Positions 26,501-32,044 of a stretch of DNA of 64,000 nt are shown here, in pieces. The notes under the pieces were generated by a model. The model had not been told where the DNA came from. It saw only the letters and a program-made list of their open reading frames with translations, and did no database searches. Made by a program: the position numbers and the translations under genes. The DNA is taken from positions 919 to 64,918 of the forward strand of contig DATJKB010000744.1 of assembly GCA_035491875.1 (NCBI GenBank), written 5' to 3'. The stretch's first letter is position 1, and every line of letters starts with the position of its first letter. The DNA comes from Pyrinomonadaceae bacterium (GTDB lineage Bacteria > Acidobacteriota > Blastocatellia > Pyrinomonadales > Pyrinomonadaceae).

Positions 26501-27451
26501 GAGGAGTTGATGCGAGTCGGCCCAGTTAGCAGCTTCCGTATCAGCGAGCGCAAGTAAGTAGCCAAGTAGTTGTGCATTCGCATCTGAGAGTGCAGCGAGA
26601 GTATCGGCGAGAGTTGTTTGAGTGCCGAGGAGACGCGCTTCTCCGTCAGTGAGGGTTACTGTGTCAGTCGCAGCGACACTGTAGCCGAGGACGATTTGAG
26701 CAGTGTCAGTGAGAGCGTTGAGCGTGTCCGCGTGGAGATTGCCATAACCCAGCCCACGCGCATCAGCGAGATTATTGACATCGTCCGAAGCTGACTGCGT
26801 GAGCGGCACGGTAATGTCGATCTCCATCGCGTGCGCGCAGAACTGGGTGGATGACGCTGCCCCAAAAGTGATCGTCGTACCAGTGAAGCCTGACGCACGT
26901 GAGGCGGATTCAAGGGCAACTGTGTCATTAATCTGGCTCGTGTCGAGAATTTCAGTCCAGTTAGTCGGGGGAGTTGTCGTCGTGTCGGCTGAGCCTTGCG
27001 CGACGAGTGTGCCGTTGTTGGTGAGCGCGGCTTGATTCAGGGTTGGAGCCGCAGTCCCAGCCGCTTGGTTGTTCTGCGATCCTTTGCTACGGACTGCGTT
27101 TGCTCCGGTGCGTGTGACTCCCGTGCAGGGAACGACGTGGATCGTGCCGGAGGTGTTGCTGCCAGTTGCAACTGTGATCGTCGTCGCAGTCGTATTCACC
27201 ATCAAGGCCGTGCGAATGAACACGCTGAGTCGATAGTTCACTGTGGAGATAGCAAAGTTGAGCGTGTCGATGAGGTCGTAGGTGCCGGAATTGTCGTCTG
27301 AGCAAGTGGGAGTGTCGTTCGTGTTCGCGGCGACGCAACAGTAGACGACGACGAGATCTCCCACTGCCGGAGTGAAAGTCGCAGTGCGATTCCCCGTGCC
27401 GGAGGACGAGCCACCAGATGCTACCCCAGCCGTGCGTACCGCGAAGGCCAT
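23591..27451 (-). CDS. Giant repeat protein (1286 aa): N-terminal globular domain, central beta-sandwich-like domain, ~40 copies of a 20-aa SDSLxLTD repeat; probable fibre/host-recognition protein
   Basis: Single long ORF. Residues 1-215 are Thr/Ala/Gly-rich and globular. Repeats occupy residues 222-378. A non-repetitive domain occupies 383-560. Repeats occupy 585-1236. The C-terminal tail is basic. Confidence 0.8.
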   Translation of the reverse strand: MAFAVRTAGVASGGSSSGTGNRTATFTPAVGDLVVVYCCVAANTNDTPTCSDDNSGTYDLIDTLNFAISTVNYRLSVFIRTALMVNTTATTITVATGSNTSGTIHVVPCTGVTRTGANAVRSKGSQNNQAAGTAAPTLNQAALTNNGTLVAQGSADTTTTPPTNWTEILDTSQINDTVALESASRASGFTGTTITFGAASSTQFCAHAMEIDITVPLTQSASDDVNNLADARGLGYGNLHADTLNALTDTAQIVLGYSVAATDTVTLTDGEARLLGTQTTLADTLAALSDANAQLLGYLLALADTEAANWADSHQLLLSQRLALADNSFNTADAATIQLGITLALTDSLEPLTDDESRLVTIQLAFSDLITLSDSIPELTHGFNFRSTSTFVTDGADQTYVLSNTYPVTRDDFNFGYQIPGIARVDRSTGTDPRLAGAHLATNEEEATYVFRLDLPTAGTYRVGLAIGDFSASARSYIEVRDNNTPFITFSPIDTNAGEFADATGTIHTAANWPANNTTVEHVFTSTILRIAINGTFDSGDSAIAHLSISQVQEGATTPFAIGYGLLITEALDALTETLNLHSDGELRTSDSLALTDAFTLHLHVISSVLELELDDQLSLDDSCALGHGLSCVDSVSLTDSVAVQLGYLAQFSDSLQSFNDSVSLQLGQLAALSDSLTLTDSELTTLGYEEQATDTLVLTDAETNELSYRFTFTETITLTDSLALGIGLIFADTAAILTDSISTQLDHLLDFSDSLIIIDSVVITLGYAESASDSLLLTDAESHRLDQLRAFSDLLVLTDEVALGFGLLFTDNVATFTDSISVRLNELLNFSDSLVLADNVSLRLAYELQFADSIDNLLDNETQRLEQRLTFTDSLNTLSDSLTFTLGEVLSFSDSITLIDSLVLGYGLALTDDASFLMDDILTSAPQGPLREVGVTDALTPLTDEVLLRLDYLLSVADTVANLDDSSALIEGLRTSFSDLFALSDSIFPTLNHLLPLTDALVFGDSIQLQVGYEIANADVLSLSDNISLRVSYNLAFSDNLTLTDDVQLNLSYRTQLADSFTLTDSIATTLSYNQSLADSLTLTDSVQLQLGYELATSDSIALTDSSTTTLTHILSLADNVALLADSALFTPGLTLIIADNGPIFTDSVSLFGTGQLQLSDALALTDSLAKFSAGFIEFDDTLVISDSVAIDLRGPDLDEAPSDSLLLTDAISISLGNELRIELQLTDTITLTDHYFDLRYPYTPSAKRHIVVPSRARVTIPAKRTGIVVPPSDRMTRIERARLN
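23744..25699 (-). repeat. In-frame tandem ~60-nt (19-21 aa) repeats, block 2
   Basis: Unit consensus: [ST]D[ST]LxLTD + 12 residues with alternating hydrophobics (for example SDSLTLTDSELTTLGYEEQA, TDTLVLTDAETNELSYRFTF). It includes a ~79-aa four-unit super-repeat duplicated at 24899..25375. Confidence 0.85.
26318..26788 (-). repeat. In-frame tandem ~60-nt repeats, block 1
   Basis: About 8 more degenerate units of the same family (ADTLNALTDTAQIVLGYSVA, TDTVTLTDGEARLLGTQTTL, others). Confidence 0.7.
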
Positions 27452-27555
27452 GAGTGGGAATGTAGCATGGAATTAGCGATGAAGTTGAGGTATAATGCGC
27501 GGCATCTTCCAATCCCTATGGAACCAACTAGGGCCAGCTTGCTTTTCCGACAGGT

Positions 27556-27795
27556 TTACAGGCTGGCTTTGGTTGTGTTTGCGACCTTAGCTTCCCGACG
27601 CAGGTCCGCAGCCAGTCCTCCAAGCGTGGCGGCAATCATAAACTTGCCCCATAACCACCAGTCAACGTGCGTGCCGCCGAGGTTACACCAATAGCCGAAG
27701 AGGATGCCGCTGAGAAGGGCAATAATGCGACTGGCCCAGATCATTGTCATTAACCCTTCGAGTGCCCAATATGCCACGAACCACAGAAGTCGCAC
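27556..27795 (-). CDS. Small multi-TM membrane protein (holin-like topology)
   Basis: 79 aa with 2-3 hydrophobic helices and a charged C-terminus (ADLRREAKVANTTKASL). An alternative start at ATG 27750 overlaps the upstream stop. No endolysin lies nearby, so a lysis role is not supported. Confidence 0.4.
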   Translation of the reverse strand: MRLLWFVAYWALEGLMTMIWASRIIALLSGILFGYWCNLGGTHVDWWLWGKFMIAATLGGLAADLRREAKVANTTKASL

Positions 27796-28007
27796 TGATA
27801 GGCGTCATAACTATCTCCGGTCTTTGCGTGCATTGCCTCCGCTGCTGTTTCCGCCGTCTCGCGATGGCCGTACTTTACCTTTGGGCAATTGAAGACAAAT
27901 TCCACGCTGCGAGCGTTGGCGATCATAGATTCAATCTCGGCGCGTTGTTCGTCCGTCATCTCAGCAAGTGCGCGCTCCCAGAGTTCGTACTGTGCTATGG
28001 TTCTCAT
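27750..28007 (-). CDS. Hypothetical protein with C-terminal CxxC..H motif (85 aa)
   Basis: Track ORF. Confidence 0.4.
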   Translation of the reverse strand: MRTIAQYELWERALAEMTDEQRAEIESMIANARSVEFVFNCPKVKYGHRETAETAAEAMHAKTGDSYDAYQCDFCGSWHIGHSKG

Positions 28008-28168
28008 CTCCGCTCCGATTCCAACTGGCCCACACGACGCTGGAGGTCGCGGATTTGATCAGTGGAGCCCTTACTCACCCATACAATCATAATAACCAGT
28101 GCAAGCACGGAAAAAATTAGCAGGCATCCTACTTGCTGCGTCGTCAGTTCTTCGCCTCGCTCACTCAT
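28004..28168 (-). CDS. Single-TM membrane protein with coiled-coil tail (54 aa)
   Basis: Track ORF 28004..28252. The start was moved to ATG 28168, which is preceded by AAGGAG. Sequence: MSERGEELTTQQVGCLLIFSVLALVIMIVWV... Confidence 0.4.
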   Translation of the reverse strand: MSERGEELTTQQVGCLLIFSVLALVIMIVWVSKGSTDQIRDLQRRVGQLESERR

Positions 28169-28430
28169 TGCTCGGGCTCCTTGATCGCCTCGGAGGTAGT
28201 TTCCGGCGGGCTCGTTCAGCCGACTCGCAAATTGCATTACCAGTAGCAGCAATTAAATCCAATGACCCGCTATTACGCGCCCTGACAAGCATCTTTACCC
28301 CTTCCTGAAAAGGAACCCAATGACCCCAGTAGCCGGGTTCGGCGTCTGCTGTCATCGTCACGATCTCTTCGAGCATTTTGGACGCCTTGATGTAGCGCGT
28401 AAACCGTTCGCGATCGTATTCATCGCTCAC
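28161..28430 (-). CDS. Hypothetical protein (89 aa)
   Basis: Track ORF. Confidence 0.4.
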   Translation of the reverse strand: MSDEYDRERFTRYIKASKMLEEIVTMTADAEPGYWGHWVPFQEGVKMLVRARNSGSLDLIAATGNAICESAERARRKLPPRRSRSPSNE

Positions 28431-28696
28431 TTCTGCTCCTTCCCCGCACCGTTCGCAACTCCATATTCAGCTATTATGTCAACAATTAAGTCACGACAAC
28501 TCTCGGCAAGACTTTTGTTCTTTGTTTCCAGCGCAATCTCCGTCAGGGCATGGACCGCCATTGTCGCATTCTCGCGATCTGCATGAACCTCCACCTCGGC
28601 AAAGAAAGGCGGCATCTTATAAACACCGCCCTCGCACTTCTCATCAATACCGGGTATTTTCTTTAAGTCGTCAAATGAAATCTCTCCGCCCATCAC
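28427..28696 (-). CDS. Hypothetical protein (89 aa)
   Basis: Track ORF with a GTG start. Confidence 0.4.
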   Translation of the reverse strand: MMGGEISFDDLKKIPGIDEKCEGGVYKMPPFFAEVEVHADRENATMAVHALTEIALETKNKSLAESCRDLIVDIIAEYGVANGAGKEQK

Positions 28697-28863
28697 TTCC
28701 CCTCCTTCTTCCGCGTTTCACTCACTGGTCCATTCTTCTTGTTACTCGGCGTATCTCTCAGTGGAGAGAGACCCCAACATGCCCCGCACTGACGCGGCTG
28801 CTCAACGCGCGGAATGAACTTGTGCCCGCAGTGACGACAGGTGGCGTAGACGAGTTTGACCAT
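28693..28863 (-). CDS. Zinc-ribbon protein (56 aa)
   Basis: Hand translation: MVKLVYATCRHCGHKFIPRVEQPRQCGACWGLSPLRDTPSNKKNGPVSETRKKEGK. Its stop overlaps the next start. Confidence 0.45.
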   Translation of the reverse strand: MVKLVYATCRHCGHKFIPRVEQPRQCGACWGLSPLRDTPSNKKNGPVSETRKKEGK

Positions 28864-28866
28864 AGG

Positions 28867-29112
28867 TTACGAATCCAAGTGATCACCTAAGTGCTTACTG
28901 ACAACATCTGCCAAGTAGAGATCGTCGTCCCAGTCGTTATCGCCGTGCTCCTCACATAGACCACGCAGGACAGCAATCGTATCGACCCGCTCTTTAATTA
29001 ACTCCTCACGGCTATACTCATCGCTGTCGAGATGTCGTAGTGCCGTACCTAACATCTCGCGATAGATCGACTTCTGGCCCAGTGCGTAGGCAGCCTCTTC
29101 TCGTTCATCCAT
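28867..29112 (-). CDS. Hypothetical protein (81 aa)
   Basis: Track ORF 28867..29178. The start was moved to ATG 29112, which is preceded by GGAG. Confidence 0.4.
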   Translation of the reverse strand: MDEREEAAYALGQKSIYREMLGTALRHLDSDEYSREELIKERVDTIAVLRGLCEEHGDNDWDDDLYLADVVSKHLGDHLDS

Positions 29113-29323
29113 GTTGCGGCTCCGGTAAATTATGAGCCGCGCGATATTCACGCCTTGCTCGCTGACGGGCCATGTCACGACGAGTACGGCGAGAAATCCG
29201 ACGACAGTTGCCGCGCTCGATCGTTTCGCCGTTACGTTTGACTTGCTCGGTCCACGTCTCCCAGTAGGGCATGGTCACGACAAATGTCTGAAAGCGTGTG
29301 TGACGCTCGGCTTGACGTTGCAT
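29105..29323 (-). CDS. Hypothetical basic protein (72 aa)
   Basis: Track ORF. Confidence 0.35.
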   Translation of the reverse strand: MQRQAERHTRFQTFVVTMPYWETWTEQVKRNGETIERGNCRRISRRTRRDMARQRARREYRAAHNLPEPQHG

Positions 29324-29334
29324 TGTCTATCTCC

Positions 29335-29538
29335 TTAGTAACCGCTATTCCACTGCACAGCCTTTTCAAATGAACAATGCCTAACCACGTAGCCGCCCGA
29401 GTTAGATTCACTCAATACCGGAGCGCAAGGGCAGTCCGTTCCAGTATAATGATAGTAATTCACCTGTTCGCCTTCATCTTCAAAGACGTGCAATATCTCG
29501 GGTTTGCCGTCATGGGCTAGTACAAGAATTTTCACCAC
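29335..29538 (-). CDS. Hypothetical protein (67 aa)
   Basis: Track ORF. Confidence 0.4.
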   Translation of the reverse strand: MVKILVLAHDGKPEILHVFEDEGEQVNYYHYTGTDCPCAPVLSESNSGGYVVRHCSFEKAVQWNSGY

Positions 29539-29540
29539 GA

Positions 29541-29738
29541 CTACTTTCTCCCCGACTTTGCGCTACTGGCTCGCTCGCCGTAATAACGATCGTATAGCTC
29601 GCGTTGCAATGCTGGCATCTTCAGGCCAACTCCTTCAAGAAGATGATGCAGTGCAATCATAATCAACTGCTCATCGGTCTTCGGAGCGTAGAGCAGATTA
29701 CGTTGCCGCTCGATTGCTTCGTCCATGTTCGCGCTCAT
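29541..29738 (-). CDS. Hypothetical protein (65 aa), first gene of the operon behind the tRNA-like leader
   Basis: Track ORF with GGAG 8 nt upstream of ATG 29738. Confidence 0.45.
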   Translation of the reverse strand: MSANMDEAIERQRNLLYAPKTDEQLIMIALHHLLEGVGLKMPALQRELYDRYYGERASSAKSGRK

Positions 29739-29766
29739 CGTCGTCGCTCCATTTTAATCGTTGTTA

Positions 29767-29868
29767 GGTGTCCCGCCGACGCGGACTCGAACCGCGATCC
29801 CTTAGTTCCGTTTTACGGAGCACCTGACTGGCAGGCGGCGTCTTCCTCTTTGCACACAGCAGCGAGAC
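29767..29868 (-). ncRNA. tRNA-like element forming the 5' leader of the small-gene operon
   Basis: It has a canonical T arm, CGCGG-TTCGAGT-CCGCG (29796..29780). GTCTCGC (29868..29862) can pair with GCGGGAC (29776..29770), and ACC follows. Internal hairpins lie at 29821..29837 and 29807..29819. It does not fit a standard cloverleaf. Confidence 0.35.
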
Positions 29869-29875
29869 GGGGATT

Positions 29876-29905
29876 AGAATAGCCCGTTCCACAAGATATT
29901 GTCAA
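29876..29905 (-). promoter_or_regulatory. Sigma70-type promoter TTGACA-N18-TATTCT
   Basis: On the minus strand: -35 at 29905..29900 and -10 at 29881..29876. The predicted start is about 29869, at the 5' end of the tRNA-like element. Confidence 0.5.
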
Positions 29906-29908
29906 CCC

Positions 29909-29950
29909 GAGAAGATTACAGGGCGAGCAGCTTACCCTAGCCACCCGCCC
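29909..29950 (-). terminator. Terminator-like 12-bp hairpin after the tRNA cluster
   Basis: On the minus strand: GGGCGGGTGGCT-AGGGTA-AGCTGCTCGCCC (with G-U pairs) followed by TGTAATCTTCTC. The U tract is only moderate. Confidence 0.45.
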
Positions 29951-29958
29951 CATTGAGT

Positions 29959-30031
29959 TTGCGATAGCAGGAGTCGAACCTGCGACCTCAAGATTATAAG
30001 TCTTGCGCTCTGCCAGTTGAGCTATGTCGCG
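29959..30031 (-). tRNA. tRNA with anticodon UAU (Ile, AUA), class I
   Basis: Fold: D arm GCTC-AACTGGCA-GAGC, anticodon arm CAAGA-CTTATAA-TCTTG (anticodon 29998..29996), variable AGGTC, T arm GCAGG-TTCGACT-CCTGC. Acceptor CGCGACA/TATCGCA has two C-A mismatches (1-72 and 6-67). A73. No encoded CCA. Confidence 0.7.
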
Positions 30032-30083
30032 GTTTTGATCATCTATATCCGTGTCCGGCTTGCCATTGCGCTAAGTTTCAATG

Positions 30084-30168
30084 TCCCATGTTCTACCGCT
30101 GAACTACGGACGCATAAGTAATATTTGGAGCGTCCGGTGGGAATCGAACCCACGCATAGGACTGTTAG
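30084..30168 (-). tRNA. Split, circularly permuted tRNA-like gene (Gly-type acceptor): 3' half - 12-nt linker - 5' half
   Basis: The 3' half (30168..30126) has a T arm GTGGG-TTCGATT-CCCAC, then CGGACGC-T-CCA. The 5' half (30113..30084) is GCGTCCG-TA-GTTC-AGCGGTA-GAAC-A-TGGGA. The acceptor strands are 7/7 complementary and the anticodon-stem strands TGGGA/TCCTA pair. Confidence 0.45.
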
Positions 30169-30274
30169 TTTTGCTTTAGCTTACCTTCATTCAGATAGTG
30201 ATCGGTTTAAGATTCTGTGGAATAGGTTGATTCTCATGTTCAGCCTAAGCCTCAGATTAAAACTTCCACACTCG

Positions 30275-31006
30275 CTAGCCTAACACGTATTCAAATAACG
30301 TGTCAGCGATCTTTTGCCTCGGAGCTTCGACCTCGTTGGCCTTGCCGCGTGCTAACTTGACCGCGCTAAGCAGTTCCTCAATCTTCGTAATCAGTTCCTC
30401 TTTCTGCGGCACGGGAAGCGCCGCCGACAGCTTAGTCTGGTCCCAGTAGCCGACTGTTACGTCTTTAGTTAGTTGGGCCACCTGAGCCGGGTGTTCCTTC
30501 GTCGCTTCTGAGACAGTCTTAAAGTCAACTATCTTCTCGGTACGGTGGCGAGTTGTAATATCCGTACGCCACTGTCCGGTTGATGGGTCTACTTTCCACT
30601 CCTCGGATTCGTCCAACGTAGGCAGTTTCTCGACGTAGTTACGAAAGTGGTCCAACTGCTTGCTTAGGAATAGCAAATGAGTAACAGGTACCGCTATAAG
30701 AATCACCTGACCGTTAACTTCCACATCGGCCCGCGCTTCCATGTTGGCCCAGTCCTTCGTCGCAGTCAGGTCGATCAATTCAGTCTTGGCTTTGATGAAC
30801 TTGTCAATTTCTTTACGCGCGTCTAACTGTACTCGCTTATGTTCAGGAGGTAGCGGTTCACCGCCTTCGTCCTTTGGTCGATACGTGCGAGCTAGTCCGT
30901 TAAACGAATCGGGCTTTAACGCTTCCCGTTCCAGCATTGCGGTGACAGATCCTATCTTGTTCTTCGCGTCTTCTTCGATAGCGATGATTTGATGTAGTTT
31001 TGGCAT
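30275..31006 (-). CDS. Conserved hypothetical protein (243 aa)
   Basis: Track ORF 30275..31018 (TTG start). ATG 31006, behind GGAGAAGGA, is preferred. The protein is helical and charged. No motif assigned. Confidence 0.6.
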   Translation of the reverse strand: MPKLHQIIAIEEDAKNKIGSVTAMLEREALKPDSFNGLARTYRPKDEGGEPLPPEHKRVQLDARKEIDKFIKAKTELIDLTATKDWANMEARADVEVNGQVILIAVPVTHLLFLSKQLDHFRNYVEKLPTLDESEEWKVDPSTGQWRTDITTRHRTEKIVDFKTVSEATKEHPAQVAQLTKDVTVGYWDQTKLSAALPVPQKEELITKIEELLSAVKLARGKANEVEAPRQKIADTLFEYVLG

Positions 31007-31039
31007 TTCCTTCTCCAACGATTAAGATTTAGAAAAGGA

Positions 31040-31068
31040 ACAATACACTGTGCACAACATCTTGTCAA
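31040..31068 (-). promoter_or_regulatory. Sigma70-type promoter TTGACA-N17-TATTGT
   Basis: On the minus strand: -35 at 31068..31063 and -10 at 31045..31040. It drives the 30275..31006 gene. Confidence 0.5.
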
Positions 31069-31090
31069 CTCGAATTGCTTATGCTACACT
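31062..31090 (+). promoter_or_regulatory. Sigma70-type promoter TTGTCA-N17-TACACT
   Basis: -35 at 31062..31067 overlaps the -35 of the divergent promoter, forming the palindrome TTGTCAA. -10 at 31085..31090. Confidence 0.5.
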
Positions 31091-31194
31091 CCCCCTCGAT
31101 CACTCCTCCGTGGAGTGGTTTCCTGTATGGTGAGGACTGGCCCGTTGTGCGAGGGGCATGGCGGGCTGGTTCTGATTGGGAGAGCGAGTCGCGT

Positions 31195-31443
31195 ATGTCT
31201 AGCCTATCAACCGGAAGCGACGAATTTGAATACGCCACGCGCGACGACGTGAACATTGCAATTCTGCGAGAAATTGCAAAGATTCGTTTTCGTGAACGAT
31301 TCCGCCGAACAGGGCCACTGATCGCGCGGGGTATTGTTAAAAACCTTATCGCTGCCGGAGTTGATTTCAGTAAGGTAGACTTCTCGAAAGTCACGGAGCC
31401 GACAGACGAAGAGTTAGACGCGATTTACGAGGACTTCAAATGA
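31195..31443 (+). CDS. Hypothetical protein (82 aa)
   Basis: Track ORF 31075..31443. Its 5' part overlaps the promoter, so ATG 31195 is preferred. The start is uncertain. Confidence 0.4.
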   Translation: MSSLSTGSDEFEYATRDDVNIAILREIAKIRFRERFRRTGPLIARGIVKNLIAAGVDFSKVDFSKVTEPTDEELDAIYEDFK

Positions 31444-31775
31444 GCATTGCAAGTTCACTGAGACGGCGAGCACGTAAGTCGTCGTCGTTCATACTGAGAT
31501 CAGGCCCACGACCAGAGAAGACGTACTGGAATGGCGAGCCAGCAAACTGTCGCCGAGTGATTGTCCGCGTCGGTACAGTTGAAAAACCTACGTGGTGGTG
31601 CGCTGATATGGAAGGTACTGAGCGCGTGGCGGTTGAAGTCAACTACGGCAAGCAGACATTCTATCTTGACGATGAAAACGGATCGGCGTGGGGTAAGGTT
31701 ACAGGCGGCATGGGCGGGCCGGAGTGGGGTCACAAGAGTTTGCCTGATGACTCGGAGGTTATCCGTGAACGCTGA
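31440..31775 (+). CDS. Hypothetical protein (111 aa)
   Basis: Track ORF with an ATGA overlap to the previous gene. Confidence 0.45.
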   Translation: MSIASSLRRRARKSSSFILRSGPRPEKTYWNGEPANCRRVIVRVGTVEKPTWWCADMEGTERVAVEVNYGKQTFYLDDENGSAWGKVTGGMGGPEWGHKSLPDDSEVIRER

Positions 31776-31792
31776 GATCGGAGAGCAGTATT

Positions 31793-32044
31793 TTGTCACC
31801 TAGCTTAACCCTCTTAATTTCAACTGTCTCAGGTTTCGTACTGAGTCTCTCAATCTGCTTACTTCTATCTGGTTGCAATCCTTTGAACCGGATTGGCTAT
31901 GCGGTGTTTGTAAGTTTAACCCCAGCGATCGTCCCACTCATTGCAATGAAGATCTGGAAGTTATCGTCAAGATGGATAGCGATCCTCTACGCGGGTTTAT
32001 TCTGGGTGATCGTAATTCTTCAGGGAGTGTTGAGAGATGTCTGA
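31793..32044 (+). CDS. Membrane protein with lipobox-like signal (LLLSGC) and two further TM helices
   Basis: 83 aa with a TTG start and GGAGAG 7 nt upstream. Confidence 0.45.
   Translation: MSPSLTLLISTVSGFVLSLSICLLLSGCNPLNRIGYAVFVSLTPAIVPLIAMKIWKLSSRWIAILYAGLFWVIVILQGVLRDV

Noticed and set aside
27556-28252. Cluster of small TM proteins considered as a holin or lysis cassette
   Set aside because: No endolysin, amidase or spanin-like gene is recognisable nearby or anywhere in the window. Only membrane topology is reported.
29921-29960. GGGGCGGG... segment after the tRNA considered as a tmRNA or tRNA 5' end
   Set aside because: No complementary 3' acceptor strand exists; the downstream T-arm element ends GGCGGGAC, which is also G-rich. 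The segment instead folds on itself as a 12-bp hairpin, which fits a terminator.
30126-30168. tRNA 3' half considered as a phage attP core for integration into a host tRNA gene
   Set aside because: No integrase or excision module is visible in the window. An attP core would also not explain the perfectly matching 5' half 12 nt downstream. This is kept only as an alternative under the permuted-tRNA finding.
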